Positions 1 through 9,626 of a DNA stretch of 64,000 nucleotides are shown here, piece after piece; positions within the stretch are counted from its first letter, which is position 1, and every line of letters begins with the position of its first letter. Location of the stretch: positions 3,235 to 67,234 of the forward strand of contig JADFQJ010000010.1 of NCBI GenBank assembly GCA_022561875.1. The letters are read 5' to 3'. The notes under the pieces were generated by a model. That model saw nothing but the letters and a program-made list of their open reading frames with translations. It searched no databases and had not been told where the DNA came from. Origin of the DNA: Bacteroidota bacterium. Its GTDB lineage: Bacteria > Bacteroidota > Bacteroidia > Bacteroidales > VadinHA17. The position numbers and the translations under genes were made by a program.

Positions 1-2545
<2,545 letters not shown>

Positions 2546-2601
2546 TTTCGCGCCGGTTATTTTTAATTTCTTTCAGCATGTTTTTAAAATATTTAAGGTC
2601 T

Positions 2602-2709
2602 TAAGGTGATTATAGCATTGGGGGTCCACCTCTTACCATTCCGAACAGAGAAGTTAAGCCCAATAGCGCCGATGGTACTACGAAAGTGGGAGAGTAGGTC
2701 GTCGCCGAC
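2602..2709 (+). rRNA. rrf: 5S rRNA
   Basis: Contains CCATTCCGAACAGAGAAGTTAAGCCC and GGGAGAGTAGGTCGTCGCC. The terminal helix pairs GGTGAT (2605-2610) with GTCGCC (2701-2706). It lies about 60 nt after the 23S end. Ends are accurate to about 3 nt. Confidence 0.9.
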
Positions 2710-2715
2710 TTTTTT

Positions 2716-2744
2716 AAAAACCCCGGTTTTGCCGGGGTTTTTTG
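2716..2744 (+). terminator. Rho-independent terminator of the rRNA operon
   Basis: AAAAA-CCCCGG-TTTTG-CCGGGG-TTTTTTG: a GC stem followed by a T-run immediately after 5S. Confidence 0.8.
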
Positions 2745-2804
2745 TTTCTTGCCCTGTAGTAATCTCAGTATAGATTATCCCTTTTTTATCTATCTTTGTT
2801 TTTA

Positions 2805-4733
2805 ATGAAAAAAATTCTCTTCAGCTTCTGGATTCTTTCACTCGTGACAATAACCAATGCCTCACAGTTATTACCGGATACGCTTCCGAAAAGAATTTAT
2901 GCATGGCAGCTGGATGATGATTTTTACCAGATATCCCCTATTGATCTGGATACAACATTGAAGAAATTCCAGGTGTATAAACCTGATTACAAATTGTATC
3001 CTCTGCATTCTAATATGGGAAATCTCGCCCTGGCATCATTGCCTGATTGCTTTATCGATAGAAATTATAAGGATAAGGTATTCTTTATCAGGTATTACCT
3101 TCCGTTTCTTCACTATCCTGATAATCAAACTTATATAAATACAAAAAAGCCATTTACCGAATTGAAGTATACAACCGGTGGACAAAAAAAAGTACTTGAA
3201 CAATCCCTGAGGGTCTTACATACCCAAAACATAAATGATAAATTCAATGCGGGTATTGATTTTAAGCTTTTTGGAAGTGAAGGACAATATGCTAACCAGA
3301 AATCATCAATCAAGGCGTTAGCTACATTTACAAGCTATACTTCAAATAGATATACGCTGCATGCAAATTTTAATCTTAACAACATATTTGTTGATGAAAA
3401 TGGTGGAATGGTGAATGATGAAGATCTTGGGAATATGGAAACACTGGATATTCCTGTAAACCTTGGTACACTCAATTCTGCCGTATCATCTGTTAAAAAC
3501 AAGACATTTATGTTATCGCATGGTATTACATTAGAGGGTGGAAAGAGGGATACTTCCGGAACAACTGATTCAGCCGGTGTGAAAATTGAAAAACCAACAG
3601 GACTCGGATTACGTGGTAAGTTGTCGCATGTGTTGTTTTTTCAGAATGATGCAAAAATATATAAAGATAAAAGTCCTCAGTCAGGTTTCTACAGGGATAT
3701 TTATTCCGATTCAACCATTACATTCGATTCTTTGTATGCCAGAACATTTACCAATATATTGAGGTTCGATTTCCAGAGTGATCCCGGAAAGAAATTTAGG
3801 TTTGGCGGAGGAGTAGCAGCGACAATCGAAATGGATAAATATAGCAACCTGCTGCCCGGGGATACTATATACCATGATGATGATTATTCGAATAAAAGCT
3901 TGTCAGGTTACCTTTTTAATGACCTGGGAGAGAAATTTAACTGGAAAGTGAAAACCAGGAATTACTATTCCGGATACAAGGCAGGAGATTTTTTACTTGA
4001 CGGATCAATCAATAAGTCGTTCTCTGCAAAAAAAGGAGTATCCACACTTATCCTCGCAGGTAAATTCGAAACCAGGAGACCTGCATACTGGCTAAACTAC
4101 TATCATTCAAATAATTTTGTCTGGGAGAATGATTTTGGTGATGTTATCGAAACAAGGATATCAGCAAAATATTCACATCCGGGCAGATATCTTAACGCTT
4201 CTTTTAATTATGCGCTTATAGATCGTTACCTCTATTTTGATACCCTGGCTCATCCTGCCCAAATAAATGGATTGGCTTCGATCCTTTCGTTGTACCTCAC
4301 TAAAGATTTCCACCTGGGGAAATTTCATTTCCTTAACAAAGTGCTTTTTCAGCAAACTGATCACCAGAGAGAGATCTCTTTACCAGCAATCAGTATCTAC
4401 AACTCAATATATTTCGAACATGATTTCTATTTCAAACTAACCCAGGGGCATCTGCTTGTTCAATTGGGATTTGATGTTTACTACAACACCCCTTATAATG
4501 CCATGGCTTATATGCCTGCAACAGGACAGTTCTATATTCAGGATGAAAAGGAACTGGGTAACTATCCATACCTGGATGCTTTCCTGAATTTCAAGCTGAA
4601 ACGTACACGCTTCTTTTTTATGTTCGATCACGTAAACTCGGGCTTTACAGGGGACAATTATTTCTCTGTACTCCATTACCCGCTAAACCAGCGAACTTTT
4701 AAGTTCGGTCTTTCCTGGACTTTCTATGATTAG
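2805..4733 (+). CDS. Outer-membrane beta-barrel protein, putative porin family (Bacteroidota type)
   Basis: The track ORF begins at TTG 2796. The first ATG, at 2805, gives the signal peptide MKKILFSFWILSLVTITNA. The protein is aromatic-rich with an alternating strand pattern and ends FKFGLSWTFYD, as OM barrels do. The family assignment is from memory of Porin_10-like proteins. Confidence 0.7.
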   Translation: MKKILFSFWILSLVTITNASQLLPDTLPKRIYAWQLDDDFYQISPIDLDTTLKKFQVYKPDYKLYPLHSNMGNLALASLPDCFIDRNYKDKVFFIRYYLPFLHYPDNQTYINTKKPFTELKYTTGGQKKVLEQSLRVLHTQNINDKFNAGIDFKLFGSEGQYANQKSSIKALATFTSYTSNRYTLHANFNLNNIFVDENGGMVNDEDLGNMETLDIPVNLGTLNSAVSSVKNKTFMLSHGITLEGGKRDTSGTTDSAGVKIEKPTGLGLRGKLSHVLFFQNDAKIYKDKSPQSGFYRDIYSDSTITFDSLYARTFTNILRFDFQSDPGKKFRFGGGVAATIEMDKYSNLLPGDTIYHDDDYSNKSLSGYLFNDLGEKFNWKVKTRNYYSGYKAGDFLLDGSINKSFSAKKGVSTLILAGKFETRRPAYWLNYYHSNNFVWENDFGDVIETRISAKYSHPGRYLNASFNYALIDRYLYFDTLAHPAQINGLASILSLYLTKDFHLGKFHFLNKVLFQQTDHQREISLPAISIYNSIYFEHDFYFKLTQGHLLVQLGFDVYYNTPYNAMAYMPATGQFYIQDEKELGNYPYLDAFLNFKLKRTRFFFMFDHVNSGFTGDNYFSVLHYPLNQRTFKFGLSWTFYD

Positions 4734-4806
4734 ATTAATTAGATGTATCGGAATTTCAAAATTTAACACATTTGCCACCTGGCATCTGACATGAACCCGG
4801 TTAATA

Positions 4807-6192
4807 CTATTTCCTGAATTTCTTTACAAAATCTTCAACTTCCGGCACTCCTCCCTGGTAAACAAGGTAACCGTTGTATGGTTCCCGTTCGGTTATTTCA
4901 TCGTTGACAGGTGACAACATGATTTTTTTAACTTCAACCGGATCTTCAGTTTGACCCAGGGCCCAACCCAGTTTAATAAATGTTACTTCAGGAAGCATAT
5001 TTCCTGCCGGCACTACCCCTTTTGCCATCATATCGCGTCCGGTATCATAGACAAACATATGCACATAACCCCAGATGGTTTGCAGGGTCATATATATCGA
5101 AACACCTTTTTTCGCAGCCCTTTCAAGGGCGGGATAAATCTCTTTATTCACATGTCCCAGGCCTGTACCAACAATCACAACTCCCTTGTAGCCCATATCT
5201 ATCAGCGAATCAAGAATTTCCGCTTTCATATCCGGGTAATAATAAAGCATTGTAACCTTTTCGCTAAAGTAAGGAAGGATATTTACTTTCCTGTCTTTTC
5301 GCCGTGGATTATAGTTCTCCTTAATAAGTTTTATCTCATCCCTTTTTACTGTTGCAACAGGAATATCACCTATCGTTCGGAATGTGGAACGATATGAGCT
5401 GTGCATTTTCCTGACCCTGGTACCCCGGTGAAGGAAACCATATTCATCTGAAGTGGGCCCGAACATGCAGACTAAAGTTTCAGCGATATCGCCATGACCA
5501 GCTGCATACACAGCATGCATAAGGTTAAGGGCTGCATCTGAGGAAGGGCGGTCGGAAGAGCGTTGAGACCCTGTCAATATAATAGGTATGGGCTGATTCT
5601 GTATCATGAAAGATAGTGCTGCAGCGGTATGGTGAAGGGTATCGGTTCCGTGACTAATGATAATCCCGTCAATACCATTCCTGATCTCTTTTCCTATAGC
5701 TTTTGCCAGTGTAATGTATTGCGCAGGACCCATGTTTTCGCTAAAAATCGCAAAAAGTTTTTCGGTTGTAAGGTTACAGATATCAGCAAGTTCAGGTACT
5801 GCTCCATATAGCTCACCCGGCGAAAAGGCGGGAATAACGGCGCCTGTTCTATAGTCGAGACGGGAAGCAATTGTCCCGCCGGTGCCAAACAGCTTCACAT
5901 TGGGCAGATGGTCGGAATAAGGAAATTCTTTTTCAGGTATCTTGTAGTTGGCCTTTTGATAACCGGTCTCTTTCATGTTATTGATCGTGTCAATATCAAT
6001 TCCTATATTGTACCCGGTAGGGATCTTAAGCACAATATGCCTGTCATCATCATTTTCGGAGCGTGGTAAAACAGTTCCTGTAAATTTACCGCGAGTGGTA
6101 TCGATAAGCGTCTGCCCCCATACTCTGACATTGAACTTTCTCAGCACCCCGAGTGCAGCGCCTTTATATCCCTGGAAAATATCTTCAGCCAT
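4807..6192 (-). CDS. gatD: Glu-tRNA(Gln) amidotransferase subunit D (archaeal GatDE type; asparaginase-like glutaminase)
   Basis: 461 aa. A GatD-specific N-terminal domain of about 98 aa (HIVLKIPTGYNIGIDID) precedes an asparaginase fold. The catalytic motifs are FGTGGTIASRLDYRTGAV and IISHGTDTLHHTAAALSF. The gene lies directly downstream of gatE. Confidence 0.85.
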   Translation of the reverse strand: MAEDIFQGYKGAALGVLRKFNVRVWGQTLIDTTRGKFTGTVLPRSENDDDRHIVLKIPTGYNIGIDIDTINNMKETGYQKANYKIPEKEFPYSDHLPNVKLFGTGGTIASRLDYRTGAVIPAFSPGELYGAVPELADICNLTTEKLFAIFSENMGPAQYITLAKAIGKEIRNGIDGIIISHGTDTLHHTAAALSFMIQNQPIPIILTGSQRSSDRPSSDAALNLMHAVYAAGHGDIAETLVCMFGPTSDEYGFLHRGTRVRKMHSSYRSTFRTIGDIPVATVKRDEIKLIKENYNPRRKDRKVNILPYFSEKVTMLYYYPDMKAEILDSLIDMGYKGVVIVGTGLGHVNKEIYPALERAAKKGVSIYMTLQTIWGYVHMFVYDTGRDMMAKGVVPAGNMLPEVTFIKLGWALGQTEDPVEVKKIMLSPVNDEITEREPYNGYLVYQGGVPEVEDFVKKFRK

Positions 6193-6272
6193 AGTTTGTT
6201 GTTTTATGTTTCTTTTCCTTACTCATTTCTCCATTCTCCATTCTACATTTTCTCTAATTGTTACGAGTTTCG

Positions 6273-6358
6273 AGCTTGCCACGTGAAATGCGACGTTTAC
6301 CCTTTGAAATTTGAGGTACGAAAATATTTCACCAGGGAAGGAGCATATTTCACTGTGG
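6273..6358. repeat. Dispersed nested-hairpin repeat, copy A (86 bp); copy B is inverted at 55081-55200
   Basis: The 54 bp at 6305-6358 are identical to the reverse complement of 55081-55134. 6273-6295 matches the reverse complement of 55178-55200 at 22 of 23 positions. The element holds four GTGAAAT/ATTTCAC boxes. CCACGTGAAAT (6279-6289) can pair with ATTTCACTGTGG (6347-6358). Confidence 0.9.
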
Positions 6359-6365
6359 TTACGAG

Positions 6366-8405
6366 TTACGGGTTATGTACAATTTTTTCTATCTCTTTCT
6401 TTAGGTTTTTCATTTCAACATTCCCGGCTGCTTGTCTGTATACCTGGCCCATTAACCAATTTATTGTGTTTTTATCATTACCGGAGATTCGTATTTCTTT
6501 GAATTTTTCATAAAGGAAATCAACAGGTGCAAGCAGTTCATTCATTGACTTTTTTCTGAAATTGATGCTGATCAGCACTGAACTGAATTCCATATCCGGG
6601 TGTTCATAAATAACAGGAAGCATTCTTTTGGCGATGGAAGGCTGAAGTTTTTCGTTGTGAATAAATTTGAACAAACCGTATATTTTATTGTAGCTGAAAT
6701 TTTTATGTTGTGGCATCTTTCCTTCAATATTCTTAAATGTATGCCCCCAAAAGACCCCCAGAAATTTAGGCTCAAAGCCGAATTTCCCACTGATCTGCTC
6801 GATCATCGGCGCAAGATTCTTGCTTAACAGGTAATGGTAAGTATCTTCCGGGATGCCCCACGATTTCATTTGCCTGAACCTTTCGGCAACTGTTTGCGGG
6901 ATGTTTTTCCTGAGGGTTTCAATATAATCTGTTTTAAGAGGAATAGGGGCTGAATCAGTATCAGGGTACATGCGGTTAGCACCAGGGAGCACTCTTTTAA
7001 ATATAGTTGTGCCGTCCGGGAATGATTTTCTTGTTTCATTGGGTACCCCGTCAAATGCCATCTGACATCGTTCCTCAATCGTTTCAAGAGCAGTGGGGAT
7101 ATCCTCTTTTGGACCCCAGAACACAATCTGGGCATCATCTTCTTTCGGCTCAAGAATTCCGCAGATCTTTTCAAGATCTTTTTTATTAATATGATCTTCA
7201 AGCATTTCGGTGTGGATCATATTAGGCTTTTCAATACAGGCGATCACCTTCAGCCTGGTGGTTATTTCGTCTGCAAATATCTTCCCCGGCTGTGTAAAAT
7301 GAGAAAGAATACCTTTAAAATAAGGAAGGTTGACAGCGTAAATTTCGAAATTTTCGTTGTATGCTTTTTGTATATGTTCATTCTCCAGTCCCAGGTCACG
7401 AGGATCGATCTTACTTGATCTTATACTCCGGTTTTTTCCGTTTGCAACTCTCTCTTTGAGAAGTTTCCGGATATGCAGAAGGGCAAATTGCCGGAATGCC
7501 TCATTATGAGAAAGCTCAGGTATCCACTTATTGTGTGAAACGCCTTTTATTTCAACCCTGCTTCCTCCACGGCAGCTAACATTGACATCTTCACGTCCCG
7601 CTCCTATTCCTATCCGTACTTTGCCGGTGCTGCGGTTTAAAAACCTGATATATTCCGCGGCTTCCCTTAGCTCATCAGGAGTTTCCATATCAGGATATGT
7701 GACGGTTTCGATCAAAGGCATTCCCAGCCTGTCTGTCTTAAAAATGCGGGTATGCCTGATATCCGAAACCTCCCGGCAGGAATCCTCCTCGATACTTAGC
7801 TGGATCAGTCTGACTTTCTTATTTTTCAGTTGAATTTCACCTTCAACCCCCAGTATTGCTGTTCGCTGGAATCCGGTTGGGATACTTCCGTCGAGATATT
7901 GTTTTCGTGTGATATGAACCTCTCCAACAATATTCAGGCCTGACAGCAGCGATATCTCAAGAGCAATCTCAAGCGCTTCCTTATTAATCAGGAACGGAGG
8001 AGTGTCATCTATATCATAAGTACAGGCTGTCTGATTCTTGATCCGGTATATGATCTGCTTCCGGGTTTTATATTCCATCAGGGCTGTACCATCATATTCT
8101 CCAAGTTCGCTGAGGGTGGGCCGCATATGGCGGATGATCTCTGCATTATATTCATCATGATCATTGTATATGCCTGCAGGACAGTGGCAAAACAATTTCT
8201 TTTTTGTTTTTAGCTGTTGATGAACTTCCAAACCCGACTTAAAACCTATTCTCTTATAATCGGCCGGAGTTGCTTTTTTACGAGTCACATAGCCAATCTC
8301 CGACCGGGTTTTTTCGTAGTTCTTTTTAGGACTGAATCTTTTTTTCACCTGTGGAACAGTTGATAAATATATGAAAAAAATACGAATTAGAGACCTGATA
8401 ATCAA
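6366..8405 (-). CDS. gatE: Glu-tRNA(Gln) amidotransferase subunit E (archaeal GatDE type)
   Basis: 679-aa ORF with GatB/E core motifs: DYKRIGFKSGLEVHQQL..KLFCHC, DGSIPTGFQRT, LSIEEDSCRE, DRLGMPLIETVT, GAGREDVNVS and RVEIKGV. An inserted domain and a long C-terminal tail make it far longer than GatB (about 480 aa). The first 40 or so codons look non-native, and an in-frame GTG at 8288 is an alternative start. Confidence 0.85.
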   Translation of the reverse strand: MIIRSLIRIFFIYLSTVPQVKKRFSPKKNYEKTRSEIGYVTRKKATPADYKRIGFKSGLEVHQQLKTKKKLFCHCPAGIYNDHDEYNAEIIRHMRPTLSELGEYDGTALMEYKTRKQIIYRIKNQTACTYDIDDTPPFLINKEALEIALEISLLSGLNIVGEVHITRKQYLDGSIPTGFQRTAILGVEGEIQLKNKKVRLIQLSIEEDSCREVSDIRHTRIFKTDRLGMPLIETVTYPDMETPDELREAAEYIRFLNRSTGKVRIGIGAGREDVNVSCRGGSRVEIKGVSHNKWIPELSHNEAFRQFALLHIRKLLKERVANGKNRSIRSSKIDPRDLGLENEHIQKAYNENFEIYAVNLPYFKGILSHFTQPGKIFADEITTRLKVIACIEKPNMIHTEMLEDHINKKDLEKICGILEPKEDDAQIVFWGPKEDIPTALETIEERCQMAFDGVPNETRKSFPDGTTIFKRVLPGANRMYPDTDSAPIPLKTDYIETLRKNIPQTVAERFRQMKSWGIPEDTYHYLLSKNLAPMIEQISGKFGFEPKFLGVFWGHTFKNIEGKMPQHKNFSYNKIYGLFKFIHNEKLQPSIAKRMLPVIYEHPDMEFSSVLISINFRKKSMNELLAPVDFLYEKFKEIRISGNDKNTINWLMGQVYRQAAGNVEMKNLKKEIEKIVHNP

Positions 8406-8441
8406 CTATATGTGACTCAAACTTTAATTCCTGTAATTCCC

Positions 8442-8449
8442 CAAAATTA
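8442..8449 (-). promoter_or_regulatory. Bacteroidota -7 promoter box (TAATTTTG) for gatE
   Basis: The reverse complement of CAAAATTA matches the TAnnTTTG consensus. It lies 37 nt upstream of ATG 8405. Confidence 0.4.
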
Positions 8450-8776
8450 AACTTGTTTTACGGGATAACAAAGAAAGCTTGTGAAAAACATATCGGGAGA
8501 TGTTAAAACGGTGATTCAGTGTTGCGGGTTACGAGTTACGTGTTTCGGGTTAAGAATTTGGAAGTATCTAAAGACGCAACTTTAACCGGATTTGCTTCAC
8601 TTCGTAATGATCCGGAATTTCTTATAACTTATAACTTTTAAATTATTAAAAATGGTGATGAGGTGATGAGGTAATGGAGAAGAAGTAAGAAGTTAAAAGG
8701 TGAGACGGATAATGGATAAATGTTGTTTGGGTCTGCGTCTGGATTAAGACTGGGATAACTGGCTGTTGACGATTCG

Positions 8777-9088
8777 TTATAAGTCAATTTGTAATCCCGT
8801 TTTTTTAATTTGATTTACTATTGAGCTGTTTATTTTAAAATCGTCTTTATTAAAAACATGAGGTTCGATTAATGTTTCTTCACCCGTTCGTATTACCATT
8901 AACTGTACTTCAACATCAAATGTTTTTGAGTTGTCAGATAAGACAATAGCAATATCAATATCGCTATTTTCTTGATAGTTACCCTTAGCATAAGAACCAA
9001 ATAACCAGGCTTCTGAAAAGTTGATTTTTTGATCCTTAATCTTCATTAAGTATGATTTGCTTATTTTTATAGCTGTTTCTTTATCCAT
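8777..9088 (-). CDS. Minimal nucleotidyltransferase (MNT-type, antitoxin-like partner of HEPN)
   Basis: 103 aa. FGSYAKGNYQENSDIDIAIV matches the GS-X(9-11)-DXD pol-beta-type NTase motif. The gene overlaps the upstream HEPN gene by 22 nt. Confidence 0.8.
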   Translation of the reverse strand: MDKETAIKISKSYLMKIKDQKINFSEAWLFGSYAKGNYQENSDIDIAIVLSDNSKTFDVEVQLMVIRTGEETLIEPHVFNKDDFKINSSIVNQIKKTGLQIDL

Positions 9089-9465
9089 TTCCTTATTTCT
9101 TTAATTTTTTCCAGCCATTCTGTAGTGAATTTTTCCGTACATAGTTTGTAAAAACTCTGTTTATAGTCGTCATACCTGACATTTATATTGAATCTGGTAA
9201 TTGAATCTAAGATAACTTTCTTTTCTTTATCCGGTTCAATTCCTGCCTGTTCAATGATTCTCCTTAAGTCGTGTATTAAAGGCGGATATTCACCTTTTTC
9301 AAATACGTATTTGGCTTTGAGTATTTTTCCGATTACCAGGTGTCCTATAAACAATGACCAATGGTAGTTTTTTGTATTATAAAGGTCAATCATTGTTTTA
9401 TAATCTTTATCAGAACTGTCAATCCAGTATTTTATTAGTTTTTCCCTGTTAATATTTTTAGTCAT
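9067..9465 (-). CDS. HEPN domain protein
   Basis: 132 aa with an all-helical pattern. The LIHDLRRI and NVRYDDY helices resemble PF05168-type HEPN proteins. It is translationally coupled to the NTase gene. Confidence 0.7.
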   Translation of the reverse strand: MTKNINREKLIKYWIDSSDKDYKTMIDLYNTKNYHWSLFIGHLVIGKILKAKYVFEKGEYPPLIHDLRRIIEQAGIEPDKEKKVILDSITRFNINVRYDDYKQSFYKLCTEKFTTEWLEKIKEIRKWIKKQL

Positions 9466-9498
9466 TTTTTATTCAGATGAAAATTTCCAATGCCATTA

Positions 9499-9506
9499 CA
9501 AACCTA
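9499..9506 (-). promoter_or_regulatory. Bacteroidota -7 promoter box (TAGGTTTG) for the HEPN-NTase pair
   Basis: The reverse complement of CAAACCTA fits TAnnTTTG. It lies 34 nt upstream of ATG 9465. Confidence 0.4.
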
Positions 9507-9626
9507 ATTAAATTTTTTATTTATTAAAATGTTACAATAATTTGCCTCTCGCCAGAGGGCGATACATGAATTTGGACAGGGATATGGAAGGCAAACATTT
9601 GAAATGATTAGTTTTTTTAGTGAATC

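Noticed and set aside
2791-2798. A TATCTTTG box as the promoter for the porin-like gene
   Set aside because: It fits the consensus but lies only 7 nt from ATG 2805, and it overlaps the TTG the track used as a start. That would imply a leaderless transcript, which is too uncertain to call.
8568-8584. A shared 16-17-mer, CTAAAGACG(C)AACTTTA, at 8568-8584 and 10983-10998
   Set aside because: A single gapped 16-mer match in 64 kb of AT-rich sequence is within what chance allows, and the flanks do not align. It is noted only as a possible fragment of the array-associated junk.
8521-8722. The tandem word arrays as a possible CRISPR array
   Set aside because: The units are only 7-9 nt, directly abutting, degenerate and without spacers. 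There is no palindromic repeat of 24-40 nt and there are no cas genes in the window.
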